A stretch of DNA of 64,000 nucleotides from Lytechinus pictus (taxonomy: Eukaryota): positions 25,112,001-25,176,000 of the forward strand of contig NC_087245.1 in assembly GCF_037042905.1 (NCBI RefSeq). Direction: 5' to 3'. Shown here one piece after another: positions 52,818 through 64,000 of the stretch; the first letter of the stretch is position 1; each line of letters begins with the position of its first letter. The notes beneath the pieces were generated by a model. It worked only from the letters and a program-made list of their open reading frames with translations, did not search any database and had not been told where the DNA came from. Both the position numbers and the translations under genes were made by a program.

Positions 52818-53402
52818 AGGTCAAGTCCACCCCAGGAAAATGCTGACTTGAATAAAGAGAGAAAAATCAAACTAGCATAGTGCTGAAAATTTCATCAAAA
52901 TCGGATGTAAAATAAGAAAGTTATGATATTTCAAAATTTTGCTTATTTTTCACATAACAGTGATATGCACAACTAGGTGACTCAGTCAATGATGTCCATC
53001 ACTCACTATTTCTTTTGTTTTAAATTTTATTGTTTGATGTATACAATATTCATTTTTTATAGATTTGACAATAAGGACCAATTTGACTGAACCATATAGT
53101 ATTAAACAATGCTAATTCCACATGTTCAGGGGGGAATTAATCGTATCACTTGACAATGAGGAGAAAATTATAATATTTCATATAATAAAATGCAAAAGAA
53201 ATAGTGAGTGGTTGACGTCATAGTCTCCTCATTTGCATACCAGCCAGGATGTGCATAGATCTGTTTTGTGAAATTAAGCGAAATTTTAAAATGTCATAAC
53301 TTTCGTATTTTACATCCGATTTTGATGAAATTGTCAGTGTTATGCCTGTTGGATTTTTCTCTTTCTATTCAAATCAACTTTTTGTTGGGGTGGACTTGTC
53401 CT
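52818..53402. mobile_element. Kolobok-type MITE family A (intronic, opposite orientation to 13403-14001)
   Basis: TTGA/TTAA flanks; TIR AGGTCAAGTCCACCCC / GGGGTGGACTTGTCCT with long inverted arms. Confidence 0.88.
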
Positions 53403-54928
53403 TTAAAAGCTGCATTATCATTATCTGTAGTTTTTGTTATTATTATCATAATTATTTTTATTATTACTATTACTGGTTTGGTTTTATTTACTGTATAAAA
53501 GTCACAACAGAATACATTGTACAAAATATTAAAATTGGATATATTAACACCAGAAAAGATATGGATAGATCACTCTATTCAGAGCATTGGCTCTGTTCTT
53601 CCGAGAGGTCCAATCATTTATTATCATTATCATTATGTATGTAGTGCTATGTCATTCTTTTACATATATATGAATGCACATTTGAAAAATCCCTGTGCCC
53701 ATCTAATACATCTCCAAGGTCACTCACCCAATTTTGTCCCTGTAATCCTCAATCAAAGAGGGGGGGGGGGGGGGCTGTGTTACCACTCAGATCAGAAGAT
53801 ACTAAGGGAATTATTCTCTGCTCAGGGACCAATGTGAAGGTAGAGAAAGAAAAAAAAAAGTAGCAGAGATTTTGTTAAAGAGATTATTTTCTGTTTATGA
53901 TTGAGATCATGTCTGAAGGTTAAAGTCAAAGTGGAACCACATTTTTTGCTCTGCTAACAGTTTGATGATAACACATCAGCCTTGGAAAAAATGAGGTTGT
54001 TTGTGGGTCAACTGCACCCACCACTTCATCCAAACGTGCCAGAAAAAAAGTAAAAGCTTTTTTTTAAGGTTGACTTTCTAAATTCCACCCCCACACAATT
54101 GGAGTATTTATACCACAGTGTAAAACTTTTTGTTTTACCTGACATTGCATAGTTTTACTACCATAATTAGACAATAGACAGTAAAGAATACTACCAATCA
54201 AGGCCTAATTATTGAGATTTTGTTTTTATTGTTGATCTGTTGAACAAAAAAGATTTTAATATAACATATTCCGTAGATCCTTGGTCAACTTATCTTTGAC
54301 ATCGGGCTCATTGGGTTAATACTAGCCAAAGCTTCAGTTTTCATTGGTTTTTGTGATTATTTGAATGAATGCTGTGCAAAACATATTGTATTATGTGAGT
54401 CTTTAGTAATGCATTGTATGTCTTACCACTCTTCCTATTGGATATAGTCAAATCCTAAAACTGAAATAGAAATAAAAAGCAAAACCTGAAAAAATATAAA
54501 ACAAATGAATTATAAATGTGACAAAAAACAAACAATTATTCATATATTTCTTTCATGATTTTGCCTTTTGAGGAATTCCTTGAAATGACTGTTGGTCATT
54601 CTTGAATATAGAAGGAAGTTTCTAAAAAAAAAAAAATTTACATAAAGATATGGATGAAGTTTTATAAGGAACGAGGAATCTATTGTATCTTAATTTGTGA
54701 ACAAATTTTCGGCAGTAGATGACGGGTTCGAATCCCACTGGTTCCAATTTTTTCTGACTTATGATTTTCATTACAGATCGAGCATGCGATCTTAAACACA
54801 TAGGAGTAATGCCGAAAATTTGTTCACTTATTATTTTTACCTCCTATTAAAGCCTCTTTATTTACTATCTATTGTATCTTCATGTGATTTTATAATTTCT
54901 CTAAACTTATTAAAGTAGTCTCTTATGA

Positions 54929-54980
54929 AAGAGAGAGAGAGCGAGAGAGAGAGAGATAGAGTCATAGAGAGAGGGAGAGA
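54929..54980. repeat. (GA)n microsatellite
   Basis: gagagagagagcgagagagagagagatagag. Confidence 0.8.
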
Positions 54981-55915
54981 CTTGAGCTTGCATAAAACTT
55001 TCCAATGACATGAAATGACAGAAACAATGGCTTCTAATTTAGGGTTTCTTTAATATAAATAGCTCCTAGTCTGCAATCGTAGATCAAAGGCTATCTCTTG
55101 AGAGTTTTCAAAAATTGTCAAAAGGCAAGCAACCATGATGGATGAATTTGCCCACAGCAGTCCATGTAGGGGACTTGTTCTATGACATTTTCAATATTTG
55201 CCTGTCAGTCCATGATTTGAGAAATTCTTATTATTGTCTTTGTGGTTTTCTTCCTTCCAGAATTTTACCCTTGAGTCTGGAGGGAAAGATTTTAAATCCA
55301 CTCATTTGTTTAATTCGTTTTTGATCCATTTCATCTTTTGGGGGTCAGAGGGTCTTTGCAAAAGACATTTGAAATGAATAAGTGAATTTGTATATGTGTG
55401 CATTTGAGGAATGTTCATTTACAAATCATGACACTGGAACCATGAAATACAGCCCTTATTTACCTCTGAAATGTCACAAACAATACAAACAAATTATTTC
55501 CATTATATTTTTAAACCATGGTCACATTTTGTTTTGGTTTCTAATCTATCTTCACTTTTCATGAAAGACGTTTTTATCAATGAATTTCTTTAAAAAATAG
55601 TTACACTCCAAAGCAGTCAGTGTCTCCCATATTTCTATTCGACTAAGTTTGTCATGTGGTTTATATCTTTGTATTATCTGGTTTGCAAAGACAGTTTTTA
55701 AAGGTGATATCTTCAGTGTACAATCAACAGTTCATTGAATTAAAAGTTATTCATACTTCCCCCGATATTTTTCATTCACCTTGAGGTACAAAATTATGAT
55801 TTGAAAATATATCATTGTATGTCTCGTTGACAGTGATAGTATGCATTTGAGTAATTTCCTAGACTGCTTTGAAAACAATCTTATGATTTTTTTTCTCTTT
55901 TTTTCTTTCTTTCAG

Positions 55916-58900
55916 GGCCTTTCAGGCCTCCTGTCACCAGGGAAGGAGAAAAAGGGCAAAGAAAATGAGACGAATGGGAAAGCACATCCTGTAAAGGCAA
56001 CCCACTTTGATTACATCACCAAACCAAGTAGCAGCAACAGTCGAAGTAGCCCAGAGCGCCCTCGAGCCCCCAAACATCACCAGTCACAGGGCCAGGGCTA
56101 CTCTCGTAGCAGACACGAACGCCCACCCAGAGAAGACAGACGGTATCGTCATTCTACAGGAGACTCTAGGAATGGTTCCTCCAGTATGCATCATCACAAC
56201 CGATCGGGCAATGAACGGAGGTACAGTCGAGAAGATGATGAAGAGCTCATGCGAATCAACAGTCAGCGGCAAAGGTATGAGGATAGAGGGGAAAAAAGAT
56301 CAGGATCGCTACCAAGCCACTACTCTCAGGATAGCAGAGGGAAGAACAGACGTGGATCGTTGCCAGGACATTATGGCCCAGGGTCTTCTACATCTCCTCG
56401 AGGACCACCTAAACCACCACGTCGACAGGAATCTCTCAACAGAGTCCATATTCCCGAAGGGCCGGACACTGAATTCACAACTTCGACCAGTGAATACGAG
56501 ATCTGCAGTCCCTCATCTGGATCTAGCAGTCCAAAGAACTGGAAGGTGAGTCCTCTTATTGGTCATACCTCATCAGGTTCCAAACAGAGAGAAAGATCAT
56601 GGTCTCCATCTAAAGAATACTCAAGGTCTCCCCCAAGAAGACAGCAATCTCCTGAAAGAAAGCAGAAATATGATACTCGCCAGTATGCCCCTGATGATCG
56701 CTCCAGTAAGCGTGATACGTCACATGAGAAAAAGCAGAGACATGATAATCAACAGTATGACCAAAGTAGTCACTATGGCAAGCGTGACCGCTCTTTGGAC
56801 AGAAATCAGAAGCACTATGACAATCGAACCCATGAAACAAATGGTGATTATTATGGTCAACAAGACGGGTCACACAACAGAAGGCAAAACCAATATAGTA
56901 CTCGAGACAATGGATACAGTGATCACTATGGCAAACGAGACTTGTCTCCTGAAAGGCAAAATGGAAGGTATTCCAGGAGTCATCAACCATCATCAAATGG
57001 ATACCAAGTAGATAGAAATAGCACATGGTCACCCAGTGACCCCTATAGTCCTGATCCAAGTCACTTTCTGCACTCTTCCAGCCCTTATAACCCATTTTCT
57101 TTTGAAAACCCTCCAACCTCTTATGGAGAAGATTATCAACAGAAACCTCACAATCAGCAGCAGAAACCAAAGCTGAATTCAGATCCATATGGGAATTCTT
57201 GGATCAAAGAGAAAAACGTAGTTCCGTCTAGACCCACCAGCAATGCAAGGCCCCTGGTTTTGCCCCCAAATGACAAAGTCCCTGAGGGTCCAAGACCAGT
57301 TTATCGAAGTGATGGAGAGATTGACCTCAGAGAGCCTACCTACAAGAAGTCCAGAGAGCCTGATATGTTTGCAATCAACCAGACACCCCCTTCCAACAGT
57401 TACCCCTCTTCACCGACCAGTAAACCAAGTAAAGCAAATTTCAATTACTATCCAGAGTTTCAAGCAGAGTTGGAACCCAGAGATATGCAGTGGAAAGAGC
57501 CGAGTCAGCAAGTAAGTCAGATGCAGCCAAAACAAACAAACTCACTGCGCACAGTAAGGGAAGTGAAAGCCTATGATCAGCATATGAAGAAATTCAAACG
57601 ACCTACAAGCCTCGGTGGTGTTCCGAGACAGCCACAGAACGCATTTAGCCAAGGAAGACCCAGGAGTGCCATAGAACAACCTGCTTCAGATGATGGACTT
57701 TATCCAAGTTTAGAGCGGTCTAAAAATTCAGCATTTGGAGTAGCATCTGCATCACCAAAGAATCCCCCCAATAATTCCACCTATAGAAATCAGTATGGGA
57801 TAAGTCCCAAGAGCAGTCAACAATATTCTGAACCTAATGAGAAAAGCTATTCCAATGGAGAATATGGTATTGATAGCCATAAACACAGCCAGCAAGAAAT
57901 ATACAATGAAAAATATGCAGAAAACAACGGATCTTCTCTTCTCCCAAAGGACTGGCCTGAAGATTATCCAGCACAGATGACAATAAGGTCACCAGTTCCT
58001 TCTGACCCAGAGAATTCAGTCAATTCTGTAAAACAAGTGGATTCTGGGAAACAGACTATCTTCTGCCTGGTCTCTCAAGTAGTACCCACCTCACCAAGTC
58101 CAGAGTTAAGTCCAGAGCCTATGCAAAGGGAGTTTGTGGAGATCGAAAATGGGAAGGTATCACCTGTAATGAAACAGCCTGTAAACGTGCCCAAACCATC
58201 ACCCAACCAATACAGTCAGAAGAGCCCTGTGCAAAATGGGTATTCCCAGCGTGGAAGTTATTCTCCAGTAAGGTCACAGATGGAATACCAAACAAACCAG
58301 GGAGATCTAGCCTGGAGACGACAGCAAGAGGAGTATGAACGGAGACAGAGTGTCCAGAGCACAGTATCTCAAGATGGCTCTATGGGCAATGAATCTGTAT
58401 TGTACAGGCAAAGACAATCAGCTGGCTACAATCAACAAGCTCCACGCCAAGCTCAGAAGAAGATTGCATCCTCACAGATTGAACCTAAAAAGGAGCAGGT
58501 TAACTATTCAAATCCAAAAGACCATTACAGAGGAGCAAGCCTGTCTTCAGGGTATCATTCTAGTCCAGAGTTCGAAAGACAACAAAACCAGCAGACACGT
58601 CAACCTGGGAACTCGCTTCTTGACAGGGAAAGATTTTCTGATACTGAGTATCGTTTTGGAGGTACAGGGAAAGAAAATGAAGTAGACAATGTACCCACTG
58701 TACCTGTCAAAGATCTTATAAAGAAAATCAACAGGGATGTTGAAACGAATGGTGGTCTTGATGAAGTCGTACCCCCTAGGCGAGCCTCAGCTGACTTGAA
58801 GAGTATATTGGTGAGAGATGCCCAGCAATCCAACCAAGCAATCAAAGATGACACTTGTTACGGCAAACGTGCTGTTCGAAGGGATTCTAAAGATACACAG

Positions 58901-61010
58901 ACGCAGACATATGAAATTTCTGGAAAAGTGCACAGTCGCCCGTCTGCATATTACAATGAGCAATATATCACAGCAACCGCTGTTCCTTGTGAAGTTGTTG
59001 ATACAACAGAACGAAAAACTCAAACATATGCTCGTCCACTCTCTGCTGAGCTTCGTGCCACCAATACATCCTACAGGGACGAAAGTAGACTAGATGTAAA
59101 GCAAGAAAGTCCAGATGAAAGTGAAGAGGATACTAAGCCTATAAATGCTAAAGATAGAAGGGCCTTCTTTGAGAGTTTGAAGCCTCTATCTAGGGAAGAA
59201 GAGATCCTTAGCGTAGTCAGCCACAAAAACCAAGATGAAGCAACACCAAGCAATACCCACAAGAAAGTTGATTCTCAGCCCAAAGCAATGTATGGCAGCA
59301 TCAAGTGGCCCAAAGACCATTCTGCTAGGGAACCTGAAATCAAGAAGCAAACAGTAAAGCAAAGTTTTGCCGAACCACCTACGGTTAAAAAAGCCCAGAG
59401 AAGCCCATCTCCTGTTAACCAAAGTGAAATGTACTCTGATAATGATCAATCCAAACCCGATGAGAGGCATGCTTACTATGACCGCCTGAGACAGCGTGGC
59501 CAAGGTACAGGCCCAGGACTAAAAGGAAGGAGGAGCCAAAGTCTTCCAAGACTTAATTCCCGTGCGAGAGAAGGAAAGTCTGAGAGTTGCAAGGTTTCAA
59601 GTACGTCTGTTGAGTTAGCTGAAGGGGATTCCAGTGCCAAGCGTTTATCGATGGGTGCACAACTGTTCCAACAGAGGAAGCTTGAAATGGAACGCCTTAA
59701 CAAAAAGCAAGAAATTCTAGAAAAGGTAAAAAACCAGTTGAAAATGCATCGTGCTGGCAGTGAGCCAAATCTAGCTCCAAAAGATGGGGAAAATGATGCC
59801 ATTTCTTCACTGGAACAAAATGGGCATCTGTTGGCGACCCATGTTGCAGGAAAGAGGATTCGAGGAAGGGACAGTGCTGACTTTGAATATGCCTTGAATC
59901 AACTCCAAACCATCCACACTGAGGCTGATCAAGATGCAGATGAGATACTCCATCCGCAGTACTATAGGCCATTTGATCATCGGGCTGCCGAGATTCCATT
60001 GCTTGCACAGAAGGTTGCAGAACTACAAGAGCTTATTGGTGTTCATGCCACTCCAGGATCTGGCAAACATCGCAAAAAGGGAAAGAGAGCAACATCAGAT
60101 GTTTCTGAAATGAGACCTACTCTGCACAGACTTGATGGTGGAGAATTGCAAGAGAAGCCTGGTAAAGCAAAGAAGGGACAGGAATTTTTCCCTTACAGGC
60201 AGGCCACACATCCAAAAAAGATGGTCAAGAATGATGAATATAATCCTGCTTGTGGTCATGAGTCAACATCAGATGAAGACAAAACACCTCGACCCGTTCC
60301 TCCTGGCACTAACACTAAACTTTATAGGCACCCCAAATCATCAGACAACCTCGGTTTCAGCTCAGACAGTAGTCCTGAGAGACCTGTTAAAGTGAAAGTC
60401 AAACTTGTTGCTCCAGAGTATGTCCATGTGCCTAGTCCCGATCTACGTGCCAGCCGTCAGCAGCGTAAAACAACGAGGGAAGTTTTCTTCTCTGGAGAAG
60501 ACAACAACAGGGGGCCAAGTCCGATTCCAACCAAAGCCAATACCAACAAGAAGATGAACAGTCACCACTATCCTGCCAACCTGCCTCCACCAGTCATGCA
60601 GAGTGTAAAGTTTGTGGAGAGTCCAAAAGTGAAGAGGGCTGTCCTTACAAAACCACCTCCTGCTCCAGCCGTAACTAAATTCAAAGAAAGCCAGGCACAC
60701 CTCCAGCTGGCTGGTTGCAGGGACTCTGTCTCTACAGTGGACAGTGCAGCTCTGGCTCAACCTTTTGATGACATGGTGGATGAGTACCAGGACATCATGA
60801 TGGACCACCAGGCTGTAGAGATGTCTCTTCCTGATCCAGAACGAACCTCGTCTGTTGAATCCCTGATGCAAATGGTGTCTGGGTCCTATAGGCAAAACAA
60901 CACAACTCCAGAAACCAAACCTAACCAATCCTTTTCACCTGGTGGATACATCCCCTTGGCCGATGAGGAGGACTATGAGTCTTCGGGAGGTGATGAGGCA
61001 GACTTGGAAG
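55916..61010 (+). CDS. Giant internal coding exon (5,095 nt, ~1,698 aa) of a large, apparently disordered scaffold-like protein
   Basis: Uninterrupted 1735-codon ORF. Its first 25 codons are really the polypyrimidine tract and acceptor (TTTTCTTTCTTTCAG|GGC). Donor GAAG|GTAAGA at 61010/61011. S/P/Q/R/E-rich with no recognisable globular domain. Confidence 0.9.
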
Positions 61011-61071
61011 GTAAGAACTGCCCACTAGCAGAGGTTGAGGATGTATGATGCATCAGCGAGTCAATGTCATA

Positions 61072-61381
61072 GGCCCGTATCCTGAACTTGGTTTAATTTG
61101 AATTCTGGTATAAAGTTGTTGTTAATATGGAAAGCCAAATGAAACACCATTCTTGGTATATAGTTGGTCAATTTGGCATTACGTTTGGCTCTCAAGGCAT
61201 TAGAAACTGCCTTGAAGTGATAAATACAATAGTTTTCTTCACCATCAATCATTGGACATATCTGAGTAAAATTACAAACAACAGTCAGTGTAAATGAATA
61301 TTTCACACTTAAAGCTTCCCATAATTTTCAGCTCTGACTTAGACTATGGTTTAAGTTAAACTGTAGTTAAGAATACGGGCC
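61072..61381. mobile_element. PIF/Harbinger-type MITE, same family as 42445-42749
   Basis: GGCCCGTATCCTGAAC / GTTAAGAATACGGGCC; 3-bp TSD ATA. Confidence 0.8.
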
Positions 61382-64000
61382 ATAATGTATATTTAGCCTA
61401 TTATACATGTAAGTCTATATAACACTATTCTCAATTTTTTTCACAGCAGAAATTGGAAACTCTGTCAATACAAAAGTGATTTTGATGAATTTTGGAATTT
61501 CAATTGACAGGGTTGTATGCAGCTTACTTACATGAATCAAAAGTTTTGAAAAAAAAACATGATTCCATTAATTAGGGTTTTCTGTGATTGATGATATACA
61601 TTAATTCCACTATAAAATTATAGTAGATAAAAACATAAAAGAATTATTTCAGATATAAGAAAAAGCTACAAAATATGTTAAACATTCTTGTTTTACCATT
61701 GTTTTGGTATCTGCATGGTCACTCTCATGTATTTATTATCATATGTATACACATTTCACACACTGTGACTCAACTACTCAAAATGTATATTACTCTAGTA
61801 TTTACAATTTCAAAGCAAAAATTGTACTGACATTTCTTTTCACACCATTATATATTTCACAGTTTTCTTCTTTTTTTATTTTTTTATTAAACATTGGTGA
61901 TTATTTCTGAAAGGTAAAGGCTTAAATCTTTCTGCTATAAAGTATAATGCTCTGTACCTATCTGATTATTTCTAATCCATTTTCATCAGACTATTGGATG
62001 GAGTTGAGTATCATAGACTAGATTCCAATGCCAGAAGGGCATTAGCTTTAAAAACTCCCTTACTTTCCTACCCAAGACGGTATCTCCTGTCCCAGATTTT
62101 AATATCAAAGCTTTATAGGAAAGCTAAATATTTCTTTCTCAAAGGGGCATTTTTGTTGAGCACATTTCTAAAAAAGTACAATTTGTCAGGGGTTATTTCT
62201 GAAGCAGTTGTAAAGTAATACAGAACTTATACGTATACCAGGATATGGCAAGCCAAATGTTGTCTCACTTATATGAGCTTATGTAGAAATACCTGAAAAT
62301 ATATATCAATGTTTAAATCAGTCAAAGTCAATACATCACTATTAATTATGCTTTTTAATTTTGGTGCTTTATAATCCGGTGATTCATAAAGTCATTGTTT
62401 ACTTAAATATTACTTTACAAACAGCTTCATGAAACCTCCCCTAAATAATTCTCATGTAAAGCATCATAAAACGAGCTGTATTGGGGCTGTCGAAAGCCCT
62501 CCGGCACCAGCCTGGCGATAATTATCAAAGATTGATTTGATAGTGCCATAAACCGTATAAACATCAACAACTGCACCAAAGACGATGTTCTATCAATAGC
62601 TTGATAAAATTTCCTTAATCATCATTCAGTCCACCAAACTATTAGACCTACCATTTAGACTTAGCCATCTCACAGTTTTTTTTCTGTCTGAACAGGTTTA
62701 AGTTGGGCTGTGAGGTCAGATATTAATATCTTTTCCATTTTGTGTACATTTCAGTAATTTGATCCTCCCACTGAGCCCCCTACTAAGATGGGAAGTTCAA
62801 TATTTATCTTATATCAAACTTCATGCTGTAACCCAATGGTGCTGCCTTGTGTGTTCAAAGTATCTTATTTCATGTATACATGTCTAATGTTGAGATTTTG
62901 AAAATTTATTTTGCTTGTGCATAGCGGTTTTTTTCAGCCCCCTCCCCATCCCTGTCATGGATTTAGTTATCTCTTTATCCAAACACAATAAAGCATTGAC
63001 TTTCTTATGGACAATTATTTCAATGTTAGATTTTGTCCGAGAAAGTACTAAGCATCATCCGTGAAGAGGGACAGCATTATTCTTTAATTTATTATTTCCC
63101 GGGTTTCTTATGTAAATATGGCTATTTCTAACAGTAACATTTATTGGTTGTGTTTGCTGCATATATTTATGGTGGTGGTGCTGACTTTGCTAGTCGTATC
63201 TTATCTTGTGCCATAATGCCTTTATAGTAGGAGAGAAGCTCTAAAAAGGTATATGGTTTGTATTATTTAATGTCATTAAAATATATGACAGGAGAAGGCT
63301 GAGATGTAGGCAGTATGTTGGTTTATTTCATCACAGATGAACATCTGAATTTTATGCAGATAATACATATACATGTAGATGCTAATAATATGACCATATA
63401 AAAACACATGAACTCATTCAACTCATTAAGAAAATATAAACTCATTATTTTTTGAAAACCACTTCTATCTGCATCTATTTATCTAGCATTATTTATATGT
63501 GGTTTCATAAAAGCAATGCAAAAAGTTGCTATTTAGATACCTTATCTTTTCTTTGGTCATTCTGATTAATTTCCTTACAAAGTGAGTTTATGAGGTTTCT
63601 GTTCCTGGTACTTAAGCCCTGCTATTCTTTGTCACAAACACAAAGGTAATAATTACTAGATTTGGGAATCTGGCAGTATTCAATCCTTGAAGGGCACACA
63701 TGAGTTATTCATCCGCGTGCAGTGCGTTCTAGACAGGTGTAAGTAAAGATCACATGACTTTATTTATTAGAATAATTCATCAAAATACACAACATGTTTG
63801 TATATAAAAATATAAATGATAGGAATAATGCCTTCATCACACTCTTTCATGATAAGGGCCTTTGGAGAGGCTAGACTGCATTTTTGTATTTTAATTAGTA
63901 CTATCCGCAATGCAGTTCCAGTTTTTTTGCAGTGAACTGACCAAAATTATTGTCAGTTTTATTTCAGGCCATTTAACTTTTGTTTGAGCTGGACAAGTAC

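Noticed and set aside
55841..55915. ATG at 55841 as the start of a single-exon 1735-aa gene
   Set aside because: The first 25 codons (…IFFLFFSFFQ) translate a polypyrimidine tract ending in TTTCAG; this is intron, not a signal peptide.
56771..56941. Neuropeptide precursor
   Set aside because: No signal peptide, only two perfect GKR sites in the repeat, and it lies within a very large intracellular-looking protein.
56007..60928. Overlapping alternative-frame and antisense ORFs within the giant exon
   Set aside because: Expected shadows of a long coding sequence; no independent motifs.

Overview
AT-rich, repeat-dense animal genomic DNA. The repeat families suggest a sea urchin or other echinoderm, which is an inference. 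The first ~31 kb is essentially intergenic and packed with nested non-autonomous elements: TTAA-flanked Kolobok-type MITEs, hAT-like elements with 5-, 6- or 8-bp target duplications, PIF/Harbinger-type MITEs, a Helentron-associated element carrying internal ~165-bp repeats, tRNA-derived SINEs and a 5'-truncated CR1/L2-group LINE with a near-intact RT. From ~31.2 kb a + strand gene begins. It has a CpG-rich promoter region, two candidate alternative first coding micro-exons (31897-31923 MLKPRLYIK; 37370-37414 MPTPMPIESVGDYRW, both phase 0), a long CpG-poor intron, and a giant 5,095-nt coding exon (55916-61010) encoding an apparently disordered S/P/Q/R-rich region; the gene probably continues past the window. 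The most unusual signal is four ultra-short (15-43 bp) palindromic insertions with CA(A/T)GGAG...CTCC(T/A)TG-type ends, each flanked by a perfect 7-bp direct repeat. They look like excision footprints or minimal MITEs of a P-superfamily transposon. No rRNA, functional tRNA or CRISPR was seen.
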